A stretch of DNA of 64,000 bases from Candidatus Collierbacteria bacterium (GTDB taxonomy: Bacteria > Patescibacteriota > Microgenomatia > UBA1400 > JACPES01), in contig JACPES010000003.1 in the NCBI GenBank assembly GCA_016183365.1, forward strand, positions 345,154 to 409,153. The letters run 5' to 3'. Of this stretch, positions 44,495 through 54,538 are shown in pieces; position 1 is the first letter of the stretch; each line of letters starts with the position of its first letter. Under the pieces are notes generated by a model. The model was not told where the DNA came from. It ran no database searches and saw only the letters and a program-made list of their open reading frames with translations. The position numbers were made by a program, and so were the translations under genes.

Positions 44495-45438
44495 AAAAAA
44501 TCGTGCTCATTTCGGGGGTCGGCGGCTCTCTCTTTCCATACTTTATTGAAAAGTTAGAAAAGAAATATCGTCTGGTGTTAATTGACTCAAATGACGTTGT
44601 CAAACACACATATCCAAACTCCAACATTATTGTCGTTCCTTCAGTCAAGGACCCGCAATATAGAACGGTCATAGATAAACTGATCAGAAATCTTCACGTT
44701 GACTACTATATTCCTTTAATTGATGAAGAGATTCTTCAGGCAATCGAAATTGCCAAAACCCAGCGAAATCTTAAACTTATTGCTCCCAACCAATCATTCG
44801 TTCAATTGTGTCTTGATAAATTTCGTCTCATGAAGAAATTAACACAGCTTCAAATCTCCCAAGTTTTGACATGGAGAGCAGACAGGGGGCCAGCAAGGCT
44901 TTCTTTTCCAGTCTTCCTCAAGCCGATCACTTCGCGCGGCAGTCGAGGGGCGCGACGCATCGATAATATGGAGCAACTCCAAGCTTACTTCTTATTTGAG
45001 TCATATTCCAAGTATGACGTTATGATTCAAGAGTATCTCGAGGGAGAGGAATACACGGTGAGCGTCGCCGTCAATAATCTCAATCATTTAATCGCCATTG
45101 TCCCTAAACAAGTGATTCTCAAGAAGGGGATTACGTTGCATGCCGTTACCAGGAAAAATGAAATTATATCAGCGATATGCCGTGTCATCGTTGACAAACT
45201 GAAACCTTACGGTCCATTCAATGTTCAACTGAAAGTTTGTAAAGACCAAGTGAAAATCTTTGAAGTGAATCCCAGGTTTTCTACAACCTCGGTGCTAACC
45301 TGCGAAGCTGGCGTCAACGAATTTGACTTATGTATGAAACTATATGGGAAAACAAGTATCAAAGAGATAGACTCTTATCAGGAAGGATTATTCCTTTACC
45401 GCCGTTGGGAAAATTGTTTCTATGAGCTTAAACCGTAA
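44491..45438 (+). CDS. ATP-grasp domain ligase
   Basis: FPVFLKP...SRG...IQEYLEGEEYTV...FEVNPRFSTTS ATP-grasp motifs. Confidence 0.6.
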   Translation: MKKIVLISGVGGSLFPYFIEKLEKKYRLVLIDSNDVVKHTYPNSNIIVVPSVKDPQYRTVIDKLIRNLHVDYYIPLIDEEILQAIEIAKTQRNLKLIAPNQSFVQLCLDKFRLMKKLTQLQISQVLTWRADRGPARLSFPVFLKPITSRGSRGARRIDNMEQLQAYFLFESYSKYDVMIQEYLEGEEYTVSVAVNNLNHLIAIVPKQVILKKGITLHAVTRKNEIISAICRVIVDKLKPYGPFNVQLKVCKDQVKIFEVNPRFSTTSVLTCEAGVNEFDLCMKLYGKTSIKEIDSYQEGLFLYRRWENCFYELKP

Positions 45439-46327
45439 AAAAATTCTTCTGGTTGGCGGTACCGGTTACATAGGTACTGCGCTTGCGAAAGAATTGCATG
45501 ATGACTATGCAGTTGTTGTTACCGGAAGAACTATTGGTAACCGGAAGACCGGATTAATGCTCCGCCTTGATTTTTCTAACGAAAAAAGCGTGGAAGAAGT
45601 TCTTTCAAGTGAACGCTTCGATATCATTATTGTTTTAGCCGCGCGCATAGAGATTTCTCACCCCCGCGAATTGGATTTTCAAGATCCTATTTTTCAAGAC
45701 AATGTATGGGGACTCAATCGGTTTTTGCGCCGGGCTTGTTTTTTGCAAAAGCAAGCAAAGCAGATTTTTATTAGTTCGATGACTGTTTATGCTTCCGATC
45801 TCAAAAGTCCGGTTTCGGAAAATGCTCCACTTTATCCGCTTCATCCCTATGGACTATCGAAGTTGATGGGGGAACAAATTTTTAGTTACTACGTTGTTAA
45901 CCACGATCACAGCGGTGTGATTTTTAGACTTCCGGGAATTTTTGGCGGTAACAGAAAAACCGGGTATTTATACCATCTTGTGAACAAGCTTCACACGTCT
46001 CAAGATATCATTCTTGACTCCGCCGGACTTGGATTTTGGGAAAGTTTGCATCTATATGATTTCGTAAACATGTTTGGGGAATTTCTCCGTAATTATTCAT
46101 TTTCTTCAAAACTTGAAGTGTTCAACATGGGTTACGGGGAAGAGACAGATTTCATTAAAACCGCTCATACGCTCAAAATGCTCACCGGATCATCAAGCCG
46201 AATCATTGTCAAACCAAAAGATTATCGAAAATTTTTTATGAGCAACCGGAAGATCGCGCGTTATGTAAATGTAGAGAAATACTCTTATCATCAGGCGTTG
46301 AAACAATTACTTAAGGAACAAAAATGA
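45422..46327 (+). CDS. NAD-dependent epimerase/dehydratase-like SDR
   Basis: KILLVGGTGYIGTALAKEL; YGLSKLMGE (YxxxK). Confidence 0.55.
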   Translation: MSLNRKKILLVGGTGYIGTALAKELHDDYAVVVTGRTIGNRKTGLMLRLDFSNEKSVEEVLSSERFDIIIVLAARIEISHPRELDFQDPIFQDNVWGLNRFLRRACFLQKQAKQIFISSMTVYASDLKSPVSENAPLYPLHPYGLSKLMGEQIFSYYVVNHDHSGVIFRLPGIFGGNRKTGYLYHLVNKLHTSQDIILDSAGLGFWESLHLYDFVNMFGEFLRNYSFSSKLEVFNMGYGEETDFIKTAHTLKMLTGSSSRIIVKPKDYRKFFMSNRKIARYVNVEKYSYHQALKQLLKEQK

Positions 46328-47058
46328 AATTTGTGATTGGAGATATCCATGGAGAGATAACAAAATTGAAACAGCTTGTCAGCCAAATGTCGCGGTATCC
46401 CATTGAAGAGCTTTTCTTCGTTGGTGACTATTTGGATAAGGGGGAAAATTCCAAAGCAACTCTTTTATTTCTGCAAGAAATAGCGACACATTTCCGATGC
46501 ACGTTTCTTCAAGGAGATCACGAGTATGCCTGGCTTCGATTCCTTAAGTGCGGCGAATATGAACAATTCTTATTGCGTTACGGTGGAAAGACAACAATGA
46601 GAGACTTTGGCATTACCGACCTCGAACCAAAGATTGTTGAAAAAAAGCTTTATTTGCCATTTCAACATTTCTTTCAGCGGCTCCGACCCTATGTGGTGCT
46701 AAATGAATTTATTGTCTCCCACTCCGGCATCAATCCGACCTTTGCTACTCGGCCGCGGTGGGAAAGTCTGGGGGAAAAAGAGTTTGTGTTTCGGCGATTT
46801 GACTTCATTGGGTATGATAAGCTGGTGAAAGCGAGAAAGTTTATCTTTGGACATACCGCGTTCGTTTCTCCTTACTACGACGGGTGGAAAATCGGCATTG
46901 ATACTGGTGCTGTTTATCCACGCAGTGGAATCCTGACGGCGTTTGAGATAAACAAAGAGTATTTTCTGGACCATCAAGGATATACTATGAATCTATCCGA
47001 CATTAACTCTTCCGCTTGTCCGATCCTTGTCAATGTGGGAGAACAGAATGATGAATAA
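46324..47058 (+). CDS. PPP-family metallophosphoesterase (Ser/Thr-phosphatase / ApaH-like)
   Basis: GDIHG ... GDYLDKG ... GDHE signature triad of PPP phosphoesterases. Confidence 0.6.
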   Translation: MKFVIGDIHGEITKLKQLVSQMSRYPIEELFFVGDYLDKGENSKATLLFLQEIATHFRCTFLQGDHEYAWLRFLKCGEYEQFLLRYGGKTTMRDFGITDLEPKIVEKKLYLPFQHFFQRLRPYVVLNEFIVSHSGINPTFATRPRWESLGEKEFVFRRFDFIGYDKLVKARKFIFGHTAFVSPYYDGWKIGIDTGAVYPRSGILTAFEINKEYFLDHQGYTMNLSDINSSACPILVNVGEQNDE

Positions 47059-47740
47059 GATAGCTAGAGAAACTACTTTGATTGTTGCTGCCCATCCTGA
47101 TGATGAAATACTTGGAATGGGTGGAACGCTATTGAAATTAGCCCAATCCGGCCAGAATAATCTTCATCTTCTCTTTCTGTCTTTTGGAGAAGCCTCGCGA
47201 GGTAAAAAAGAAACAAATGAAGATTTAAGAAAACAGCAAGCTATAGCGGTTAGTAAAAAAATCGGCGCCCGTCTTCATCTAGAAGAAAACTTTCCCGACA
47301 ATGCCTTTGATTCCGTTCCGCTTCTTAAAATCATTCAGAAAGTGGAATATTACCTTAACATCATTAAACCCACGATTATTTATACCCACCATGGACAGGA
47401 TTTGAATGTGGATCATCGCCTGACTTTCCAGGCGGTATTTACTGCGGTCAGACCTTCGCGATATCCCTATCTCAAGAAACTTTATACGTTTGAGATTCTT
47501 TCATCTACTGAATGGCAAGTTAAAACATCCTCGACAGTTTTTCTTCCCAACACCTATGTTGATATTGAGCGATACCTTGAACCCAAAATCGAGTTGTTAA
47601 AAGAATACCAAAGAGAACTTTCGCCTTACCCTTTCCCCAGATCTGTGCAAGGGGTTAAAGCGTTGGCACAGTACCGAGGAATGGAAAGCGGATTAAAATA
47701 CGCCGAAGCATTTCAGTTGATTCGAGAGGTGCGGCCATGA
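47027..47740 (+). CDS. PIG-L/LmbE-family N-acetyl-sugar deacetylase
   Basis: LIVAAHPDDEILGMGGTL (AHPDDE motif); H..D.. downstream. Confidence 0.65.
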   Translation: MSMWENRMMNKIARETTLIVAAHPDDEILGMGGTLLKLAQSGQNNLHLLFLSFGEASRGKKETNEDLRKQQAIAVSKKIGARLHLEENFPDNAFDSVPLLKIIQKVEYYLNIIKPTIIYTHHGQDLNVDHRLTFQAVFTAVRPSRYPYLKKLYTFEILSSTEWQVKTSSTVFLPNTYVDIERYLEPKIELLKEYQRELSPYPFPRSVQGVKALAQYRGMESGLKYAEAFQLIREVRP

Positions 47741-48261
47741 AAGTTATTTTCTATGGGGGGCAAACCGCTGGCCTTGTAGTTTTCCTGGGTCTTGCGGCTC
47801 AACCGGATGTTCATATTGTCAGGGTAATTCCCCAAGATGACATTCTTGCCGGAGCGGCGAAAATTTTGCATTATAAAACAGATGATCTGGATAAATTGGA
47901 CGATATCTTGTATATCAAGAAACTCTCGAAAACCGCAGACGCAATGATTTGCTGTCATGGTCGCAAAATTCTAAAGAAAGAATTGACAGACTCCATACGC
48001 TGTATTAATTTTCATCCTTGTCTTTACAAATATAAAGGGGCTTTTCCTATTAAGAAACTTTTGGAAAATAAGGATACTAAAGCCTCTGTTGGTGCTCACT
48101 TCATGACCGAACGTGTTGATAAAGGGCCCCTTATTAAAGAAATTTTCATTAATCTTGATCAAAAAAAGATGAACAGCGAATGTGAAGTATACAACCAACT
48201 CTACCCAGTTTATTTAGAAGTATTGCAGGAGGCATTATTAGTATTACGGAAAGTTTTATGA
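47737..48261 (+). CDS. Formyltransferase N-terminal-domain protein (sugar N-formyltransferase-like)
   Basis: CINFHPCLYKYKG matching N-x-H...SLLP.YRG formyltransferase active-site region; 174 aa. Confidence 0.55.
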   Translation: MKVIFYGGQTAGLVVFLGLAAQPDVHIVRVIPQDDILAGAAKILHYKTDDLDKLDDILYIKKLSKTADAMICCHGRKILKKELTDSIRCINFHPCLYKYKGAFPIKKLLENKDTKASVGAHFMTERVDKGPLIKEIFINLDQKKMNSECEVYNQLYPVYLEVLQEALLVLRKVL

Positions 48262-49415
48262 AGTATTGTCGTCGCTGTGTTTTCCCAGATACAAAACCCG
48301 ACCTTTTTTTTGATAAAGAGGGAATTTGCGACGCTTGCCGCTCGAGCGAAAAAAAAGATCAGGGTATTGATTGGGAGGCCAGAAAACAAGAACTTGGAGC
48401 ATTGTTGGAGAAATACCGTTCCAAGGACGGATCAAATTACGACTGTATTATTCCCGTTAGCGGCGGTAAGGATAGCCATTATCAAACATATGTGGTCACT
48501 AAACTATTTCATCTTCGGCCGCTATGCGTTTGTTTTGAGCCGACGCTACCAACTGCGCTGGGAAGAAAAAATTTGCGTAATCTAAACCGCCTCGGCGTTG
48601 ATCTTTTACATATTAAGAGAGATCCTGTTGTTTATAAAAAATTGGTTATCGAGGGTCTTCGGCGCGTTGGGGATAATGAATGGCCTAACCATGTGGGAAT
48701 TTTTACTACGCCGGTTCAAATTGCGGTAAAATTTAATATTCCGCTTTTAATCTGGGGGGAAAATCCTCAAATAGAATATGGAGGTCCTGCTCGCGGACGG
48801 GTCGCCAAGATTCTAGACCGGAGATGGTTGGAGGAATTTGGGGGGTTGTTGGGGAACCGAGTGGAAGACATGAGAGAGAGTCTGGGGCTTAGCCGGCAAG
48901 AGATGCTGCCATATTTTTATCCCTCCGATCAGGCGCTGAAAAATGTTGGCGTTACCGGAGTATTTTTGGGATATTTTTTAAAATGGAATACCAGAGCTCA
49001 AATAGAATTGATGAAGAAATCAGGCTTTCAAACTCACCCCACTCATGTTGAAGGCACATACACCGATTTTGAGAATCTGGATTGTGACTCGATGACGGTC
49101 CACGATTATCTAAAGTTTGTCAAATACGGCTTTGGCCGGGGAACGGACCACGCCTGTCTGGACATTCGTTTAGGGCTTATCGCCAGAAAAAAAGGTGTTC
49201 GTTTAGTGGAGGAGTATGACGGGAAGTTGCCGCAAAAATCCATGAATCGGTTGCTTGATTATTTGGGATGGTCAAGGGAAGAATTTTTTAAAACGATTGA
49301 CCCTTTTGTAAATAAGATTGTTTTTGCTTTTAACTCAAATGGCCGCCCGAAACGCGCTTCTGATGGAAATCTCATTATGAAGAAAGAAATTATTGAAGCC
49401 AGAAGACGCCCATGA
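48258..49415 (+). CDS. N-acetyl sugar amidotransferase (WbuX/PseA-type PP-loop enzyme)
   Basis: CRRCVFPDTKPDLFFDKEGICDACRS zinc-ribbon then PP-loop YDCIIPVSGGKDSHY; followed by HisH/HisF-like pair as in wbuXYZ. Confidence 0.65.
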   Translation: MKYCRRCVFPDTKPDLFFDKEGICDACRSSEKKDQGIDWEARKQELGALLEKYRSKDGSNYDCIIPVSGGKDSHYQTYVVTKLFHLRPLCVCFEPTLPTALGRKNLRNLNRLGVDLLHIKRDPVVYKKLVIEGLRRVGDNEWPNHVGIFTTPVQIAVKFNIPLLIWGENPQIEYGGPARGRVAKILDRRWLEEFGGLLGNRVEDMRESLGLSRQEMLPYFYPSDQALKNVGVTGVFLGYFLKWNTRAQIELMKKSGFQTHPTHVEGTYTDFENLDCDSMTVHDYLKFVKYGFGRGTDHACLDIRLGLIARKKGVRLVEEYDGKLPQKSMNRLLDYLGWSREEFFKTIDPFVNKIVFAFNSNGRPKRASDGNLIMKKEIIEARRRP

Positions 49416-50026
49416 AACCTCGCGTCGCGATCGTGGATTACGAAATGGGAAATGTTTTTTCCCTTAAGAACGCCCTGGAATACTGCGGGGCGTTAGCGTT
49501 AGTAACTCGAAAACCCGATGAACTTCGTAGGGCCACCCACCTGGTTCTTCCCGGTGATGGGGCCTTCAGGACCGGAATGGAAAATCTTAAAAGATTTGGC
49601 CTGATTCCGATATTGGAAGAAGAGGTCCTTAAAAAGAAAAGACCGTTTTTAGGAATTTGCATCGGAATGCAGCTTTTGGCTCAAGAAGGAACCGAAGACG
49701 GCATCTGGGAAGGATTGGGGTGGGTAAAAGGGAAAATCGTAAAGCTGAAAGGACATTCGCTGCGTTTGCCCCACGTCGGTTGGGACGATATTACTTACAA
49801 AGAGAACTGCTATTTATTTTCGGGAATTCCACAACAGGCAGATTTTTACTTCATTCACAGCTTTTGTTTCGTCTGCAAAGAACGGCAAGACGTTATTGCT
49901 TCCTGCCGTTATGGGCAAAACTTCGCGGCGGCTATAGAAAAACAAAATATTTTTGGAACCCAGTTTCATCCAGAAAAGAGTCAGACTTACGGACTTAAAT
50001 TACTGAAAAATTTTATCTCATGTTAA
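49412..50026 (+). CDS. HisH-like glutamine amidotransferase subunit (WbuY-like)
   Basis: VAIVDYEMGNVFSLKNAL...LVLPGDGAF...GICIGMQLL...FHPEKS class I GATase triad. Confidence 0.75.
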   Translation: MKPRVAIVDYEMGNVFSLKNALEYCGALALVTRKPDELRRATHLVLPGDGAFRTGMENLKRFGLIPILEEEVLKKKRPFLGICIGMQLLAQEGTEDGIWEGLGWVKGKIVKLKGHSLRLPHVGWDDITYKENCYLFSGIPQQADFYFIHSFCFVCKERQDVIASCRYGQNFAAAIEKQNIFGTQFHPEKSQTYGLKLLKNFISC

Positions 50027-50781
50027 AAACTCGTGTCATTCCCGTTTTGTTGTATCAACAAGGGCGATTGGTGAAAAGCATCCGTTTCAAAGAGCATCGG
50101 AATTTAGGAAATCCTATTCAAACCGTAAGAATTTATAACGCCAGAAACGTCGATGAATTAGTTATTCTTGATATAACCAAAACGCCGGCAGGAAAGGAAC
50201 CCGAGTATAAAATGATAAAGGAAATGGCCAGGGAATGCTTTATGCCGCTGGCCGTCGGGGGAGGAGTGCGATCCCTATCGATTGCCAGGAAACTTTTTTT
50301 ATCCGGCGCGGATAAGATATGTCTAAATTCAGCTGCGATTGAAAATTCCGGACTGATAGGAAAAATTTCCAGAATGTTCGGAAGCCAAAGCGTCATTGTC
50401 TCCATTGATGCGAAAAAAAGAAACAATCACCGGTATGAGGTTATTACTCGATGTGGAACCCTACCGACAGGACTGGATTCGGTGGAATGGGCGAAAGAAG
50501 CAGAGCGTCGAGGGGCCGGGGAAATTTTCTTAACCTCGATTGACTGCGAAGGGGCGATGCAGGGATTCGATCTTGAATTGATCCGAAATATCTCTACAGC
50601 CGTAACCATTCCGGTGATTGCCCATGGGGGAGCCGGAACCCCGTTGGATTGTGTCGAAGCAATTGGGGCGGGCGCGTCTGCGATAGCCGCGGCCAGCATT
50701 TTTCACTACACTCACGCGACTCCTCAAGTGGTTAAACAGGAGCTTAAAGCTGCCGGATATCCGACAAGAAATAAATTATGA
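50020..50781 (+). CDS. HisF-like cyclase/synthase subunit (WbuZ-like)
   Basis: [18 protein letters not shown]...DELVILDIT...(beta/alpha)8 HisF pattern, IAHGGAGT. Confidence 0.75.
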   Translation: MLKTRVIPVLLYQQGRLVKSIRFKEHRNLGNPIQTVRIYNARNVDELVILDITKTPAGKEPEYKMIKEMARECFMPLAVGGGVRSLSIARKLFLSGADKICLNSAAIENSGLIGKISRMFGSQSVIVSIDAKKRNNHRYEVITRCGTLPTGLDSVEWAKEAERRGAGEIFLTSIDCEGAMQGFDLELIRNISTAVTIPVIAHGGAGTPLDCVEAIGAGASAIAAASIFHYTHATPQVVKQELKAAGYPTRNKL

Positions 50782-52664
50782 ACCACCTTTTTTTTGTAAC
50801 TACTGAAAAAGAAGCAGAAGAAACTTTTCGCCGCATTACCCTATTGGCAAAAAGTGATCAATGGGTTGTCGTCAGCAATAGTCCCATTGCCAACCGCCTG
50901 CTGGAAAATTACCGTATTCCATTCTATGACAGCGGGGTATTCTTTCCCCGAGGAAAAATATTGCGCAGACATCAGATTCGTCTAGCCCGGTATACTAAAA
51001 TCTGGGCTAAAGAAGCCGGAATTAATAAATCTCTTCGGTATGGCTCATATCAGCTCGACGAAATCGTCAGCTATAGTTTAAATCTGCATCTTTCTGAAAT
51101 TGAGCACTCGCTTCTTACCGCCAAAAATATTATTGATCGATTCAAACCAAACACTATTCATGTCAGCGCCCGTTGGACGGAGTTACCATACCGGCTATAT
51201 CAATCGGAGATGCTCAATCTTGAAAATCCGGCGCTTTATTCTCTTTGCCGTTTACAAAGAATTCCAGTTCAAAAATTTATCGATACTAAACTTTCGCTTA
51301 GATACTGGTGGGATACGTTTTTAGTTGCCACTCGACCTATTTTTGGTTTTGGCCGCGATTGTTTTAAACGATTAAACCTGATAGAAAGAAAATTGCCCAG
51401 ATTGGCCCCACTGGTGATATTCGCTCATTATTACCATTTAACCAGTCTCATCCCATTTTTGCAATCTTGTCAAAAAAACAAGATCAATTTTTCGTTGGTC
51501 GGCAAAACGTCTCCAGAGCAAAAAGCTGATGCCAAAAAACATCAAATTCTATTCCTTCCCTTGGAACAACTTCTCGAGCAAACGGCAAAATCCCCTGTTG
51601 TTTTTCTGACACATATCATGAAGTTCTGGTGGCTTTGGACTCGCTCCGAGTCCCGACTCCGCAAGGTGTTCTCCTCTTTCCATCCGTTATATTGGCTATT
51701 AGTCCGAGAAAAATTAAAACATTTGTTTCTGGTAGAATTTCCTCGAATTATTAGTCATCTTGATTTGGGATATGCCTTGTTTTCCCAACCGGGAGTGAAA
51801 GTGATGTTGACTATGGCCAGCGCCGATGTTCTAAGCCGTAGCTATACCGGCGCCGCGGCTGCGAATGGTAAAACTGTCATAGAACTGCAGCATGGCTTCT
51901 TGGTGTTCGATGAAGAATATCCATTTCGGTTTCACCATATCCATGCGGTTTGGGGGCCTGCCCTGAGAAAGCTGATGAAGAAAGCGCCGTTTCCGCCATC
52001 GAAATTAAAAGTGACCGGATTTCCCCTGTTCGATAAGTATCAAAAACCATTTGCTCAATTAAAAATGAGACAAAAAGGCCGGTTATTAATTGGGATTAAG
52101 CCATCGGACAGAGTAATACTTATTCTGGCCGTTTTTCCGATTGCGGCTGATCGCTTGCTTGCCAGAACCTCACCTTATCAATTTTTGACTTTGATTAACA
52201 AAGCGCTTCGGCAGACTAAAAAACATTGGACAATTATTTTTCGTCCTCATCCTTCCGTAGACGCCCAATGGGTAAGGAATTTCCCTTTTTCTCCTTTGGT
52301 TAAATTAATCTATGATTCTCGGCAATTTCCTCAAGATCAAATTATTGCCGCCAGCGATATTGTCGTCGGGAATTTCACTACAGCCCTTATTAATGCCATT
52401 GCAATGAGAAAGCCGATATTACTTTATCCATTTAGCGACCCCGCGGCGGTGAAACTAATGTCTCATCCGATTGTAACCACCAAAGCCGTTAGCCCTTTTC
52501 ATTCTCAAGCCCAACTTGTTTCGCTTCTGACTAGCGTTTTCTCCGATCAGAAATATCGCTCCGCCATGAGGCGGGGCCAACAGCAATTTCTCAAAAAATA
52601 CTGCGGGTTTTCCCGAACCAGCGCTGCTGACAATTTGATTACTCTTTTAAAACAATATTACTAG
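50778..52664 (+). CDS. Two-domain GT-B-type protein of KpsC/KpsS-TagF-like class with HP motif (candidate nonulosonic-acid transferase)
   Basis: 628 aa; C-terminal half has LKVTGFPLFDKY ... IIFRPHPSVD ... AASDIVVGNFTTALINAIAMRKPILLY; paralogous to 52670 and 56255 genes. Confidence 0.45.
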   Translation: MNHLFFVTTEKEAEETFRRITLLAKSDQWVVVSNSPIANRLLENYRIPFYDSGVFFPRGKILRRHQIRLARYTKIWAKEAGINKSLRYGSYQLDEIVSYSLNLHLSEIEHSLLTAKNIIDRFKPNTIHVSARWTELPYRLYQSEMLNLENPALYSLCRLQRIPVQKFIDTKLSLRYWWDTFLVATRPIFGFGRDCFKRLNLIERKLPRLAPLVIFAHYYHLTSLIPFLQSCQKNKINFSLVGKTSPEQKADAKKHQILFLPLEQLLEQTAKSPVVFLTHIMKFWWLWTRSESRLRKVFSSFHPLYWLLVREKLKHLFLVEFPRIISHLDLGYALFSQPGVKVMLTMASADVLSRSYTGAAAANGKTVIELQHGFLVFDEEYPFRFHHIHAVWGPALRKLMKKAPFPPSKLKVTGFPLFDKYQKPFAQLKMRQKGRLLIGIKPSDRVILILAVFPIAADRLLARTSPYQFLTLINKALRQTKKHWTIIFRPHPSVDAQWVRNFPFSPLVKLIYDSRQFPQDQIIAASDIVVGNFTTALINAIAMRKPILLYPFSDPAAVKLMSHPIVTTKAVSPFHSQAQLVSLLTSVFSDQKYRSAMRRGQQQFLKKYCGFSRTSAADNLITLLKQYY

Positions 52665-52669
52665 CAAGA

Positions 52670-54508
52670 TCAACAACAAGATATTTTGGCAGAGATATAC
52701 TCCATGATTCGTTGGCTGGACTTACCATCAAGTTTGTAACAAAAATCTTGAATGAATGAATCTTGATATTTGGTAAGCATATTTGGGTTGGAGATGAAGC
52801 TATTAATTGCCGGAATCAGCTCGTCAAGCGAATAGACTCCGAGAGCCGCTTTACTGGTTGCATAGGGTTCGTAATCGCGGAAATCATGGATGTTTAGGTA
52901 AATCAAGGGTTTGTGAACGAGGATGGTTCGGATTCCGGCCGAGGTAGATTGAGCGATGATAATATCGTGTTGATTGATGAGTTGGTTGGTATCTTTTTGG
53001 CTCCAGCGCAGAGGATAATTAACCATTGGTTGTGTCAATGTAACTAATTGGGAATGATTTTCAGAGGGGTGAGATTTGAGCGTCACGCGGATATTTCGCG
53101 TTTTTAATTGATTCAGTTCCCGAAAGACGTCGAATAGGATTTCTTGATTTGGAAACTGGATGAATGGATTATACGCGGAGAGAATAAGAATGCTGATTTC
53201 CTTTTTATCCATCAACGATTTGCGAGTAGAATTTCCTTTTTTGGCTTTGTAAATATAAGAGTCAAAATCCGGATGTCCGGTAACAACGCAATTAAGCCGC
53301 GGGAAATCCTTTTCCATAATCCGTTTCTGAAAATTTCCCCAAACAAAAAGTGTATCAGTTTCCTCAAAGAAAAAGTCGCAAAACGTGTTTCCCTGGGCAT
53401 CATGAATCATCAGAGTATAAGGAATGTTTTTTCTCTTGGCGAAAAACATGAGGGCGGTGTTGAAAGGATCCATATTATTAGAGGCAAGAATGAAGTTGAA
53501 TGGTTGTTGCCGATAGTGCCGGCTGATGAAACGATAGTTTTTGGTTAACTCATTGATAAATACTGATGTGCAATATGCAAGGTATGGCCCGATCATCTGC
53601 CAGAGAGAAATGTTCAGTTTTCGTTCAAAAAATTTTTCTTTTATTTTCTTAGGAAGAAAAAGAAATCTCAAAAAAACGTGAGTCGTCAGAAAAATACTTG
53701 AGGAAAAATCAGAGAGAGACAGCGATCGGTTGATAGTATTTAGATTGATAAATGACATATTGGCTTTCTTGAAAGTTTGTTGTTGTGAGACGCTTAATTT
53801 TCCCACCGGAACGAAGGCCCACTTTTTTTTAAACCGGTGAATCAACGGAATCATATTTATGAGCATATGGAGAGAAGCGGAAATAAGCACTGTCGGGGTG
53901 GTCTTTTTGCTATCCCTTATCGATGATCTTGTGTAAGTTACCGATCGGATTCCATTAATGATTGCTTCCACTATATTTTTTACAAACAGTGTTTTTAATT
54001 CGAGATAGTGATGATAACGCTGAAATATTAATAGTGTTATAGAAATATTTCGTTGTTTAGCACGACCAATCAATACTTGCCGCAGCAAACTAAATTCTTG
54101 ATTATGCGTTTTCTGCAGCAGCGGCTCATAGAGTGTATCTGACGCATAAATCACCGTGGGATGATAAATATTCAAGATGCGTTCGACAATATTTTTGCTC
54201 CTCACAATGTCAAGAAGAAAATATTTAAGCGCTTGATGAATAGGAAAGCGATAGTCAATTTTTTGTTTTAAGATTTTCGAGACCGCGGGTTGGTTGACGA
54301 ACTGTTCAGAGATCGAGAACGCTTTGGCCAATTCGGCTTTTGTCCTCTTAAGGTCCATGAATCGGCTCAACCGTTGGTAGGGGATATGCTGCCGTTCAAG
54401 GTACGTGAACGTATCGACCCCGTCGGCGATTATTCGAATCCCTTTCATCGGATGCCTAGACATGAATTGCTCGGCATCTTGCTGGTTTAACAACAATGCA
54501 ATGTTCAT
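52670..54508 (-). CDS. Two-domain GT-B-type KpsC/KpsS-TagF-like protein with HP motif (paralog)
   Basis: 612 aa; VVTGHPDFDSY ... VTLKSHPSEN ... shared pattern with 50778 gene. Confidence 0.45.
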   Translation of the reverse strand: MNIALLLNQQDAEQFMSRHPMKGIRIIADGVDTFTYLERQHIPYQRLSRFMDLKRTKAELAKAFSISEQFVNQPAVSKILKQKIDYRFPIHQALKYFLLDIVRSKNIVERILNIYHPTVIYASDTLYEPLLQKTHNQEFSLLRQVLIGRAKQRNISITLLIFQRYHHYLELKTLFVKNIVEAIINGIRSVTYTRSSIRDSKKTTPTVLISASLHMLINMIPLIHRFKKKWAFVPVGKLSVSQQQTFKKANMSFINLNTINRSLSLSDFSSSIFLTTHVFLRFLFLPKKIKEKFFERKLNISLWQMIGPYLAYCTSVFINELTKNYRFISRHYRQQPFNFILASNNMDPFNTALMFFAKRKNIPYTLMIHDAQGNTFCDFFFEETDTLFVWGNFQKRIMEKDFPRLNCVVTGHPDFDSYIYKAKKGNSTRKSLMDKKEISILILSAYNPFIQFPNQEILFDVFRELNQLKTRNIRVTLKSHPSENHSQLVTLTQPMVNYPLRWSQKDTNQLINQHDIIIAQSTSAGIRTILVHKPLIYLNIHDFRDYEPYATSKAALGVYSLDELIPAINSFISNPNMLTKYQDSFIQDFCYKLDGKSSQRIMEYISAKISCC

Positions 54509-54538
54509 TGGTATCTGTCCAATGCTATAGTATAAACC

